From: an uncultured beta proteobacterium
GTDB lineage: Bacteria; Pseudomonadota; Gammaproteobacteria; Burkholderiales; Burkholderiaceae_C
Assembly (NCBI GenBank): GCA_963706655.1
Contig: CAVPNN010000006.1
Span: 74,356-138,355 of the forward strand
Direction: 5' to 3'
Length of the DNA stretch: 64,000 nt
A model generated the notes under the pieces. The model ran no database searches, was not told the origin of the DNA, and was given only the letters and a program-made list of their open reading frames with translations. Positions 13,321 to 22,462 of the stretch are shown here, piece by piece. Made by a program: the position numbers and the translations under genes. Each line of letters begins with the position of its first letter. Position 1 is the first letter of the stretch.

Positions 13321-16300
13321 TTACGATCTGTGGGAGGACGAGGCCCGACTGCAGGCCGGTCCCGACAGTCTGTCGCTGAACTTCACCGAGGACTACCTTC
13401 GTGACCGGGCGGCGTTCCTGACGGCGCGGGCACACTACAACGCAGCCGACAGCAGCAGCGGCGAGCTTGCCAGTGGCGGCAGGTCGCCTGGCTACCGCAC
13501 GCAGTACGTGGATCTGGCCACGGGTAATACGCTGCTGGTGGGCAGCCCCATCCTGCCGGTGCAGCAGGTGCGATTTGGCGGGGATGGCAATGACACGACG
13601 GGCCTGAATGGGGGCCCGAGGGACGACCGCCTTTACGGCGGTACCGGTGCCGACACACTCAAGGGCCAGGCTGGCAACGATTACCTGGAAGGCAACGCCG
13701 GCGGCGATCACCTCGAAGGGGGTTCCGGCAAGGACACGTTGATCGGCGGCGGCGGCTCCGACAAGCTGGTAGGCGGCGACGAGTTTGACACCTACGTCCT
13801 TGGCCGCCGCGTCGACTACGCCGCCGACCGCGACGTCATCATCGACAGCGATGGGCGGGGGCGGGTCCTGTCCGACGGCATGGACCTGACAGGGGGAATC
13901 AAGGCCAGCGGGGGTGCCTCGAACCGGTATGTCGGAGTCGATGGGTCGACCTATGACTGGTCGGGCGGTGACCTGTTGATCAATGGCAGCGTGACTGTCA
14001 AGGCGTTCAAGAACGGCGATCTGGGCATCTTCCTCGGCGGCCACCGTGTTCCTCCCCCGCCGGGTGGCGGAGGTGCTGCGGGTGGGCCGGCCGGAGGCGT
14101 CGGGCCCGGCGCGGGAGGCGGCTTCAGCGGCGCGCGGGAGTTTCGCCCGCGCGATCCTCTGGCCATCGACATGGACGGTGATGGGCTAGAAACCGTGGGT
14201 ATCGGCAGCAATCCCGTTCTGTTCGATCACAATGCCGACGGCGTCCAAACAGGGACCGGTTGGCTTGCACCGGACGACGCGTGGCTGGCACGGGACCTCG
14301 ATGGCAATGGCAGCATCGATTCGGGGCGAGAACTGTTTGGCGTCGACACCATGCTTACCGACGCTCAAGGGGTCAGCCGCAAAGCCAGCAGCGGCTTTGA
14401 CGCGCTTTCGGCGCTTGACAGCAACGGTGACCTGGTCTTCGATGCCAACGACCTGACGTACCCGGAGGTCCTGATCTGGCAGGACGCCAACAGCGACGGA
14501 GTCAGCCAAGCGAGTGAACTGCGCTCCTTGTCGGATGCAGGCATCCTGGCGATCCACCTCAATGCGACACGGGTCAACCTTGATCAGGGCGACGGCAATA
14601 GGGTGACCGACCTGGCGTCCGTCGTCCGCGCTGATGGCAGTACCGCCAGCGCGGGCTCGATCCAGGTTGCTGCTGGCAACCTGGATCTTGCAGACAACCC
14701 CTTCTACCGGCGGTTCACGACCCCGGTTCCGCTGACCCAAACCGCGTCATTGCTGCCTGATGCCTTGGCCAGCGGCGCCGTCAGGGATTTGCGCGAGGCC
14801 ATGAGTCTGGGCACGCCGCAAGCCGAGGCGCTGGTGGCTGTGGTCACGGCCTACAGTGCTGCCCCGACGCGAGCCGGGCAGATTGCGTTGTTGAGCCCGT
14901 TGCTCGAGGCCTGGGCGGCCACGTCGAGCGTGCTGTCGATCGAGCAGCGCGTGCCCGCCGGCGCGACGCTCGAGTGGGACCCGGGCGCGCAGGCCGTGTG
15001 GTCCGCCAAGATCCACGTCCTGGAAGCTTTCAACGGAGTGCCCTTCTGGCTTGTGCCAGACCCTAACGTCATCGAGTTCTCCGGTGCCTTGGGTATTGGA
15101 TGGGCGGACGACGGTCTTCTCCAGGTGGGTGTGCTTCCCGACCAGACAGGCTTTCTGAACTGGGCCTGGGAGACCCTGGAGAACTCGATCTACGAGAGCC
15201 TGGCGTTGAAGACGCGCTTCAGGCCTTGGATGGAGACCATTCAGCCCATCGTCGTGGACGGGATTCTGACCGCGGACACGTCGCCGTTGATGGCCCTGAT
15301 CGACGCCAGAGTCGCTTCTGATCCGTTGCACGGCGTCGAGGACTTGGTGGAGTTCGCCCGCTTCGCCCAGCCTTCGCTGGTGCAGTACGGCGTCGATCTG
15401 TGGGCCAAGTTCAGCTCGGTCCTTCAGTCCGTGTCTGTCACGCCCGAGATCTCGGCGGTCCTGGCGGGCGCCGGAGTCGAACTGCTGACGTCGTCGCAGC
15501 CCAGCAGTAGCGGATTGAAGGAGGTGGTCATTTCGTTGCGCCCGCAAGGCGTCAACGTCGCGAATGCGCGCGTGGCTATCGGCTACTCGGGTGTCGATCG
15601 ATTGGTCGGCACGGAGTTTGACGATGTCCTCGACGGTCGTGGTGGCAACGACACGCTGGTCGGTGGTGCTGGCTCGGACATCTACGTCTTCGGTCGCGGC
15701 TACGGCAACGACACCATCGAGGAGTACGCAGAGTACAGCCAAGACTCGTTGAATCTGGTCTGGCTGAAGGGGCTGCTGCCTGGCGACCTATTGTTCAAGC
15801 GGGAGGGTGCGGATCTGGTGCTTGCCGTGCGCGGGGCGCCCGATAGTTTGCGACTCAAGCATGTTGTCGGGGATCTCGACCCGCGGCCCGAGTTTCCGGC
15901 TGAGCTCGTGTTCGGCGACGGCTCGCGGTGGAGCTTGAATGATGCCCTGGCTGCGACACTGATCGCGAGCGCCGGCAACGACGTAATTCAAGGGTTTGCG
16001 AGTGACGACGAGATCAACGGCTTGGCTGGCAACGACCTGATTCAAGGCGGCGCCGGCAATGACGTACTTGTGGGAGGCTCGGGCAACGACACGTTGCTCG
16101 GTGAGGCGGGAGACGACGATCTGCAGGGCGACGACGGGGCCGACACGCTGTCTGGCGGTGACGGAGACGACCAGGCGTGGGGTGGTGACGGAGATGATCA
16201 GCTGTGGGGCGATGACGGAGACGATCTGCTCTTCGGCGGCGAAGGTGCCGACAATCTCAGTGGCGACGCCGGCGACGACACTCTGGTGGGATGCGAGGGG

Positions 16301-19300
16301 AACGATTTGTTGATGGGCGGCGAGGGGAACGACACCTTTCTCTTCGGACCAGGGTTTGGGCACGACATCATCACAAGCGACGGCGATCAGGCGGATGTCG
16401 ACCGCATTCGGTTCGAAGCGGGTATTGCTGCGGCGGATGTGGAGTTGACACGCGGTCCCGACGACTCGTTGATCATTCGCGCTGTGGATGGCCAAGCGTC
16501 GATTTCCGTCGTTGAATTCTTTGGCCTCACCGGTTCCCAGGTCAAACGGGTCGAGTTTGCCGACGGCGCCTTCTGGGATGAACCATTGCTGAGGGCGGCG
16601 CACTTCCTCGGCACCGAAGCGTCGGACTGGATCTGGGCCACCGACGGGCACGACACGATCGACGGTCGAGGCGGCGACGACTGGCTGTATGCCGGTGCTG
16701 GCAACGACATCCTGTGGGGCGGCAGTGGCCACGATCGACTCGAAGGTGAAGAGGGCGATGACGTACTGATCGGCGGCACCGGCGACGACGCCCTCGCCGG
16801 TGGCGATGGTAACGATCGCTACGAGTTCAACTTGGGCGACGGCCAGGACACGATCAGCGAGACCTCGGGAACCGATGTCGTGCGCTTTGGCGTTGGGATC
16901 CGGCCGGAGGACGTCGCGGTTTGGCGCGATCAGGAGGATGGGCTGCACCTGAGCCTCGTTGACGACGGCGGCGAGATCTTGGTGGCCGGCTTCTTCGGAG
17001 ACGCAGCCAACGAGATCGAATCGGTTGAGTTCGCCGACGGGACGACCTGGGGCACGGCCACGCTGAAGGCGGTCCGGATGCGCGGCACCGAAGGCGCTGA
17101 CTACCTTTCTGGCACCGCCGGCAACGACGACATCGACGCGCTCGGAGGCAACGACGACGTCGCTGCGGGTGCCGGCAACGACACTCTACGCGGCGGCAGT
17201 GGTGACGATCACCTCGATGGCGAAGAAGGCCACGACGTGTTGATCGGCGGGGCGGGCAACGACCAGCTTGCCGGCGGCAGCGGCAATGATCGCTACGAGT
17301 TCAATTTGGGGGACGGCCAGGACACGATCACCGAAACGTCGGGTACGGACACGATCCGATTCGGCGCGGGCATCAGCCCGGCCAACCTCCTCGTGTGGCG
17401 CGACGCTCAGGGCTACTACTTCGAAGTCCTGGGGACGACGGACCGCATTTCGATCCCTGATTGGTACGCCGGTTCGGCCTATCGCATCGAACGCGTCGAG
17501 TTCGTTGACGGCTCGTTCTGGGATGCTGCAACCCTCAACAGCAAGACCACCACCGCCAGCGAGTACGCCGATTTCTATTGGGGGACCACCGGCGCCAACA
17601 CCTACAACGGCCTTGGAGGCAACGACCGGATCTTCGGCTTTGATGGCAATGACAACCTGACAGGTGGTGCCGGCGACGACTTTATCGATGGGGGCTCCGG
17701 CAACGACGTTATGGCGGGCGGGCCCGGCGACGACACCTTTGTCGTCGACAGCGCGTCGGACACGGTGATCGAACTGCCAGGTGAAGGCAGCGACACCGTT
17801 CAAGCCTTGGTGAGCTACACGCTTGCCGCCGAGGTGGAGAACCTGGTGCTGCTCGACGCTGCTGGCGCGAGCAACGGTACTGGCAACGCGCTGGACAATG
17901 TGATCACCGGCAACAGCAGCGCCAATGCGCTGACAGGCGGCGCCGGTCATGACCAGCTGTTCGGTCTCGGTGGCAACGACACGTCGGACGGCGGGGCAGG
18001 TGCCGATCTGATGGTCGGTGGCCTGGGCAATGACGTCTACGTTGTTGACGATGTCGGCGACGTCGTGGTGGAGTTGGCCGGCCAGGGTACGGACACCGTC
18101 CAGTCCTCGATGAGCTACGTGTTGGGAGAGCATGTCGAGAAGCTGACACTGACCGGTTCGGGCGCCATCAATGGCACCGGCAATGCCCTGAACAACACGC
18201 TGGTCGGAAACGCGGCCGCCAACACGTTGACGGGCGGCGACGGCGACGACAGCCTGAACGGAGGCGCGGGTGCCGATACGATGATCGGCGGCTTGGGGGA
18301 CGACACGTACACCGTCGACAACGCCGGCGATCAGGTGATCGAGGGCGAGGGCGAGGGTACCGACCTGGTCAGGAGCTCGATCGCCTACACCCTGGGCGCG
18401 GCGCTGGAGAACCTGACGCTGACAGGATCGGGAAATACCGCCGGCACCGGCACCGCACTGGACAACGTGATTGTCGGCAACGCCGGCAACAACACCTTGA
18501 CGGGGCTGGCCGGCAACGATCGCCTCGACGGCGGGGCGGGAAGCGACACGATGATCGGCGGCGTCGGCGACGATACCTACGTCTTCGACGTTGCAACGGA
18601 TGTCGCGGTCGAGTTGGCCGGCGAAGGCACGGACACGGTCGAGACGATGGTTACGTTGGCGAGTCTGGCCGCCAACGTCGAGAATCTCGTGCTGCTGGAG
18701 GCCGCCGGTGCCATCAATGGCTCCGGCAACGCGCTGGACAACGTGCTGATCGGGAACTCCTTCAACAACACGCTGAATGGAGGTGCCGGCGCGGACACGC
18801 TGATCGGCAGTGCGGGCGACGACACCTACATCTACGACCCCTTGGACACGATCATCGAGGCCGTCGGCGGCGGCGTCGACACGGTTCAGTCCTCGGTCAC
18901 GGTCGCGGTGCTGGCGGCCAACATCGAGAAGCTCACGTTGACGGGTTCGGCGGCGATCGACGGCGCCGGCAATGAACTCGACAACACCCTGACCGGCAAC
19001 AGCGCAGCCAACGTCCTTGCCGGCGGACTGGGCAACGATGTGTACGTCATCGGCGCTGGCGACACCGTGATCGAACATGGCGGCGAGGGCATCGACACGG
19101 TGCAGACCGCGATCAGCCAAACGTTGGCAAGCCATGTCGAGAACCTGACCTTGACTGGCAGTTCGGCTGTCCACGGAACCGGCAACGAACTCGACAACGT
19201 GCTGGTCGGAAACTCGGCTTCCAACACGCTCACCGGGCTGGCGGGCAACGATCTGCTCGACGGCAAGGCCGGCCCGGACACCTTGATCGGCGGCGCAGGT

Positions 19301-20218
19301 GACGACATCTACGTGGTCGACAACGTTGGCGATCTTGTGATCGAACTGGCCGAAGAAGGCGTCGACAGGGTGCAAGCCAGCATCAGCTACACACTGGGGG
19401 CCTATGTCGAGAACCTGACCTTGATCGGGAGCGCTGCGCTCAACGGGACCGGGAACGACTTGGCCAACGTCATCATCGGGAACAGCGGCGCCAACATCCT
19501 GAGCGGCGGCGCTGGCGACGACTACCTGGATGGTGGTGCGGGCAGCGACACCATGATCGGTGGTCCGGGTGACGACACCTACGTGGTCAACGTCAGCACC
19601 GACGTCGTGACGGAGGCCGCCGGCGAGGGCGTCGACACGGTGCGATCGTCGGTGACGCTGACGCTGGGCGCCAACGTCGAAAGCTTGACGCTGACCGGCA
19701 CCTCCAACCGAAATGGCACCGGCAACAGCCTGAACAACGTGCTGGTTGGCAACACCGGCGTCAACGTGTTGACCGGCAACGCCGGCAACGACGTGCTGGA
19801 CGGCGGCGCCGGCAACGACACCCTGATCGGCGGCCCCGGCGCCGACGACTACCTGTTCGGTCGTGGCTGGGGCGTCGACACGATCCAGGAGAACGACAGC
19901 ACCGCCAACGTGACCGACCGCGTGCTCTTCGGTGCGGGCATCGTGCAGGCCGACACGAACTACGTGAGGAGCGGCAACAACCTGGAGGTGCGCATCAACG
20001 GCAGCGCGGACAAGCTCGTGGTGAAGGACTGGTACCTCGGCAGCAAGTACCAGGTCGAGCAGTTCCGCTACGTCGACGGGTCCATGGTCACCAACAGCCA
20101 GGTCGCCGGATTGATCGGCGCAATGGCCGGCTTTGCCAACGGTGCTGCGGCAGCGTCAGCTTCGCTGGTGCGGCCGCTGCCCATCCAGGGCGGTGAGTCG
20201 GGAGCGTGGTTGATGTAG
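13277..20218 (+). CDS. giant RTX calcium-binding protein (intact 2313-codon ORF; continuation of the lipase-like domain, T1SS substrate)
   Basis: Many GGxGxD nonapeptides (e.g. GGDGDDQAWGGDGDDQLWGDDGDDLLFGGEGADNLSGDAGDD). DxDxDG EF-hand-like loops (DMDGDG, DLDGNGSID, DSNGD, DANSDG). Five modules ending in EFADG/EFVDG-type strands (hemolysin-type Ca-binding related domain). Eight ~90-aa tandem repeats. The first Met of the ORF is not a real start. Confidence 0.9.
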   Translation: MTRAPHRRWPVHGSTYDLWEDEARLQAGPDSLSLNFTEDYLRDRAAFLTARAHYNAADSSSGELASGGRSPGYRTQYVDLATGNTLLVGSPILPVQQVRFGGDGNDTTGLNGGPRDDRLYGGTGADTLKGQAGNDYLEGNAGGDHLEGGSGKDTLIGGGGSDKLVGGDEFDTYVLGRRVDYAADRDVIIDSDGRGRVLSDGMDLTGGIKASGGASNRYVGVDGSTYDWSGGDLLINGSVTVKAFKNGDLGIFLGGHRVPPPPGGGGAAGGPAGGVGPGAGGGFSGAREFRPRDPLAIDMDGDGLETVGIGSNPVLFDHNADGVQTGTGWLAPDDAWLARDLDGNGSIDSGRELFGVDTMLTDAQGVSRKASSGFDALSALDSNGDLVFDANDLTYPEVLIWQDANSDGVSQASELRSLSDAGILAIHLNATRVNLDQGDGNRVTDLASVVRADGSTASAGSIQVAAGNLDLADNPFYRRFTTPVPLTQTASLLPDALASGAVRDLREAMSLGTPQAEALVAVVTAYSAAPTRAGQIALLSPLLEAWAATSSVLSIEQRVPAGATLEWDPGAQAVWSAKIHVLEAFNGVPFWLVPDPNVIEFSGALGIGWADDGLLQVGVLPDQTGFLNWAWETLENSIYESLALKTRFRPWMETIQPIVVDGILTADTSPLMALIDARVASDPLHGVEDLVEFARFAQPSLVQYGVDLWAKFSSVLQSVSVTPEISAVLAGAGVELLTSSQPSSSGLKEVVISLRPQGVNVANARVAIGYSGVDRLVGTEFDDVLDGRGGNDTLVGGAGSDIYVFGRGYGNDTIEEYAEYSQDSLNLVWLKGLLPGDLLFKREGADLVLAVRGAPDSLRLKHVVGDLDPRPEFPAELVFGDGSRWSLNDALAATLIASAGNDVIQGFASDDEINGLAGNDLIQGGAGNDVLVGGSGNDTLLGEAGDDDLQGDDGADTLSGGDGDDQAWGGDGDDQLWGDDGDDLLFGGEGADNLSGDAGDDTLVGCEGNDLLMGGEGNDTFLFGPGFGHDIITSDGDQADVDRIRFEAGIAAADVELTRGPDDSLIIRAVDGQASISVVEFFGLTGSQVKRVEFADGAFWDEPLLRAAHFLGTEASDWIWATDGHDTIDGRGGDDWLYAGAGNDILWGGSGHDRLEGEEGDDVLIGGTGDDALAGGDGNDRYEFNLGDGQDTISETSGTDVVRFGVGIRPEDVAVWRDQEDGLHLSLVDDGGEILVAGFFGDAANEIESVEFADGTTWGTATLKAVRMRGTEGADYLSGTAGNDDIDALGGNDDVAAGAGNDTLRGGSGDDHLDGEEGHDVLIGGAGNDQLAGGSGNDRYEFNLGDGQDTITETSGTDTIRFGAGISPANLLVWRDAQGYYFEVLGTTDRISIPDWYAGSAYRIERVEFVDGSFWDAATLNSKTTTASEYADFYWGTTGANTYNGLGGNDRIFGFDGNDNLTGGAGDDFIDGGSGNDVMAGGPGDDTFVVDSASDTVIELPGEGSDTVQALVSYTLAAEVENLVLLDAAGASNGTGNALDNVITGNSSANALTGGAGHDQLFGLGGNDTSDGGAGADLMVGGLGNDVYVVDDVGDVVVELAGQGTDTVQSSMSYVLGEHVEKLTLTGSGAINGTGNALNNTLVGNAAANTLTGGDGDDSLNGGAGADTMIGGLGDDTYTVDNAGDQVIEGEGEGTDLVRSSIAYTLGAALENLTLTGSGNTAGTGTALDNVIVGNAGNNTLTGLAGNDRLDGGAGSDTMIGGVGDDTYVFDVATDVAVELAGEGTDTVETMVTLASLAANVENLVLLEAAGAINGSGNALDNVLIGNSFNNTLNGGAGADTLIGSAGDDTYIYDPLDTIIEAVGGGVDTVQSSVTVAVLAANIEKLTLTGSAAIDGAGNELDNTLTGNSAANVLAGGLGNDVYVIGAGDTVIEHGGEGIDTVQTAISQTLASHVENLTLTGSSAVHGTGNELDNVLVGNSASNTLTGLAGNDLLDGKAGPDTLIGGAGDDIYVVDNVGDLVIELAEEGVDRVQASISYTLGAYVENLTLIGSAALNGTGNDLANVIIGNSGANILSGGAGDDYLDGGAGSDTMIGGPGDDTYVVNVSTDVVTEAAGEGVDTVRSSVTLTLGANVESLTLTGTSNRNGTGNSLNNVLVGNTGVNVLTGNAGNDVLDGGAGNDTLIGGPGADDYLFGRGWGVDTIQENDSTANVTDRVLFGAGIVQADTNYVRSGNNLEVRINGSADKLVVKDWYLGSKYQVEQFRYVDGSMVTNSQVAGLIGAMAGFANGAAAASASLVRPLPIQGGESGAWLM
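17663..19840 (+). repeat. eight tandem coding repeats of about 270 bp (~72-90 aa per unit) inside the RTX gene
   Basis: Unit pattern is GDDTYVVD..D.V.E...EG.D.V.S.v.Y.L...VENLTLTG....GTGN.L.N.L.GN...N.L.G..G.D.L.GG.G.D.. , read eight times in the translation. Units 4 and 5 are shortened. Confidence 0.85.
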
Positions 20219-20254
20219 CAGCATCAAGGCGGTGGCATGTATCGACGCGCTTGG

Positions 20255-20635
20255 TCAGCGCGAGTCCCCGTCCACATACACCCACCGCCCGTCACGCCGC
20301 TCGAACCGGCTCACCTCGCGCAGGCGCTGCGCGCGCCCGCCGTGCTTGTGGCGGGCGACGAATTCGACCGTTGCGTGGTCGGCGTCGATGACGGTGTGGC
20401 GTTTCACTTCCAGGCCGAGCCAGCGTTGGCCCGCGTCGTTGGGGGCGAGTGTGGCGGGGCAGGTCTCCGGGGCCCACGTGGCACGCAGGTAGTCGAGCCG
20501 GTCTTGCACATAGGCGGTGTAACGCGAGCGCATCAGCGCCTCGGCGTCGGGTGCTTGCAGGTGCAGCGGGCCGGCATGCCAGCGGCCGCAGCAGTCGGGG
20601 TACGCTCGGCCGGTTCCGCAGGGGCAGGGGGTCAT
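20255..20635 (-). CDS. ychJ: YchJ-family protein with SEC-C metal-binding motif (UPF0225)
   Basis: 126-aa ORF starting MTPCPCGTGRAYPDCCG, followed by an NTF2-like body. Confidence 0.85.
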   Translation of the reverse strand: MTPCPCGTGRAYPDCCGRWHAGPLHLQAPDAEALMRSRYTAYVQDRLDYLRATWAPETCPATLAPNDAGQRWLGLEVKRHTVIDADHATVEFVARHKHGGRAQRLREVSRFERRDGRWVYVDGDSR

Positions 20636-20691
20636 GGTCGACGATCATGCCCGACGCCTGCGGGCCTTCATCGCTGGACCGGAGACCCCTG

Positions 20692-21630
20692 ATGCTCGAC
20701 CCTCAAGCGCGCGCCCTCATCGACCTGATGGCCGAACGCGGCGTGCCGCCCACCCACACGCTGGCGCCCGACGAGGCGCGCCGTCTGTACCGCGAGCGGC
20801 GCGGTTTCACGCAACCCGAGCCGCCTGCGGTCGGCACCGTGCGCGAGATCCACATCCCGGGCGCGGCGGGCATCCTGCCCACGCGCCTGATGCGCCCGGT
20901 CGGTGTCGACGACACGACGGCGCTGCCCACGCTCGTCTACTTCCATGGCGGTGGCTGGACCATCGGCGATCTCGACACGCACGACGTGCTGTGCCGCACG
21001 CTGTGCGCGGCCAGCGGCTGCGCGCTGTTGTCGGTCGACTACCGGCTCGCCCCAGAACATCCGTTCCCGGCGGCGGTCGACGACTGCCTGGCCGCGACGC
21101 GCTTCGCGCGTGCCGAGGCGGGGTCGCTCGGGATCGACCCGGCGCACATCGCGGTCGGCGGTGACAGCGCCGGCGGCAACCTGGCGGCGGTGGTCTGCCT
21201 CGCGCTGCGTGATGCGGGGGAGGCGCTGCCCGCGTTCCAGCTGCTGATCTACCCGGCCACCGACATGCGTGCGGTGGCGCCGTCGCACCAGGCGAATGGT
21301 CAGGGTTATGTGCTCACCGCCGACAGCGTGGCCTACTACCGCGGCCACTACATGCCGGACGCGGCCGAGTGGGCCGACTGGCGCGCCTCGCCGCTGCTCG
21401 CCACCGATCTGTCGCACCTGCCGCCGGCGCTCGTGCTGACGGCCGGCTTCGACCCGCTGCGCGACGAGGGGCGGCAATACGCCGATGCCTTGTCCGGCGC
21501 CGGGGTGCCGACCCAGTATGTCTGCTTCGAGCGCCAGATCCACGGTTTCATCACGATGGGGCGGGTGATCGACGAGGCGAACACGGCGCTCGACCTGTGC
21601 GCTGCGGTGCTGCGGCGAGCCCTGTGCTGA
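20692..21630 (+). CDS. alpha/beta hydrolase, hormone-sensitive-lipase-type esterase
   Basis: Oxyanion HGGGW, nucleophile GDSAGGNL, C-terminal DPLRDEG and H; ATG 20692 (MLDPQARALIDLM). Confidence 0.85.
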   Translation: MLDPQARALIDLMAERGVPPTHTLAPDEARRLYRERRGFTQPEPPAVGTVREIHIPGAAGILPTRLMRPVGVDDTTALPTLVYFHGGGWTIGDLDTHDVLCRTLCAASGCALLSVDYRLAPEHPFPAAVDDCLAATRFARAEAGSLGIDPAHIAVGGDSAGGNLAAVVCLALRDAGEALPAFQLLIYPATDMRAVAPSHQANGQGYVLTADSVAYYRGHYMPDAAEWADWRASPLLATDLSHLPPALVLTAGFDPLRDEGRQYADALSGAGVPTQYVCFERQIHGFITMGRVIDEANTALDLCAAVLRRALC

Positions 21631-21649
21631 AATGGGCTTGCCACGATGG

Positions 21650-21665
21650 CTGTATGAACATACAG
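21650..21665. promoter_or_regulatory. LexA (SOS) box upstream of imuA
   Basis: CTGTATGAACATACAG = CTGT-N8-ACAG with an AT-rich spacer, extended as GGCTGTATGAACATACAGTATC. A possible -35 TTGCCA (21638-21643) and -10 TACAGT (21661-21666) overlap it. Confidence 0.8.
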
Positions 21666-21669
21666 TATC

Positions 21670-22452
21670 TTGGTGGAAGCCTCCCCTGCACGTTCTGCCC
21701 CGCGCCCAAGCCCTGAATCGCTGCACCCTGCGCTGTGGCGCGCCGACCAGCTCGGCCGCGCCGCAGGGGCGGGATTGGCGACCGGTTTTGGCGCGCTCGA
21801 TGCCGAGTTGCCGGGCGCCGGCTGGCCATCCGGGGCACTGACCGAACTGCTGCTGCCGCACCCCGGTGTCGGTGAGCTGCGCCTGCTGGCGCCGGCCCTG
21901 GTGCGCGTGATGGCGGGGCAGGGCGGCGGGCCGGACAAGGTCGCGCGCAGCGTCATGCTGTTCGACCCGCCGGCCGAGCCCTGCGCCTGGGCGCTCGGTG
22001 CACTCGGGCTCGATGTGCGCCAGTTGCTGCTGGTGCGTGGGCGCGACGGGCTGCGCGGCCGGGCGCGCACGCTGCTGCCGGCGGCCGACACCCTCTGGGC
22101 GATCGAACAGGCGCTGGCCAGTGGCCATGTCGGCGCCATCCTGGCCTGGTTGCCGGCGCGCCTGCGCGGCGATGCGCTGCGCCGCTTGCAACTGGCGGCG
22201 CAGGCGCACCCGGGGCCGGTGTTCCTGTTCCGCGAGCTCGAGGCGCGCGGCAAACCCAGCCCGGCACCGCTGCGCCTGCAACTCACGGCCGGGGCGCCGG
22301 ACGAGTTGCTGCTGCGCCTGCTCAAGCGGCGCGGCGCACCGCGCGCCGAGCCGCTGCGGCTGGTCCTGCCGGCCGTGCTGGCGGCCAGTGCCAGGGCGCG
22401 TGCCGACCGGGTGCGTGGCCTGCCGGCGGCGGCCGACACCGTGCCGGCATGA
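21670..22452 (+). CDS. imuA: translesion-synthesis cassette protein ImuA (RecA/SulA-like)
   Basis: LHPALWRADQL...TGFGALDAELPGAGWPSGALTELLLPHPGVGELRLLAPAL pattern, LexA box in front and imuB behind. The start is TTG 21670 or GTG 21673, possibly leaderless. Confidence 0.8.
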   Translation: MVEASPARSAPRPSPESLHPALWRADQLGRAAGAGLATGFGALDAELPGAGWPSGALTELLLPHPGVGELRLLAPALVRVMAGQGGGPDKVARSVMLFDPPAEPCAWALGALGLDVRQLLLVRGRDGLRGRARTLLPAADTLWAIEQALASGHVGAILAWLPARLRGDALRRLQLAAQAHPGPVFLFRELEARGKPSPAPLRLQLTAGAPDELLLRLLKRRGAPRAEPLRLVLPAVLAASARARADRVRGLPAAADTVPA

Positions 22453-22462
22453 GGCCCTGGCC

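Noticed and set aside
17663-19840. Regular ~270-bp repeats, considered as a possible CRISPR or other non-coding array.
   Set aside because: The repeats are in frame within a 6.9-kb ORF and encode RTX-type protein repeats. The units are far longer than CRISPR repeats and have no unique spacers.
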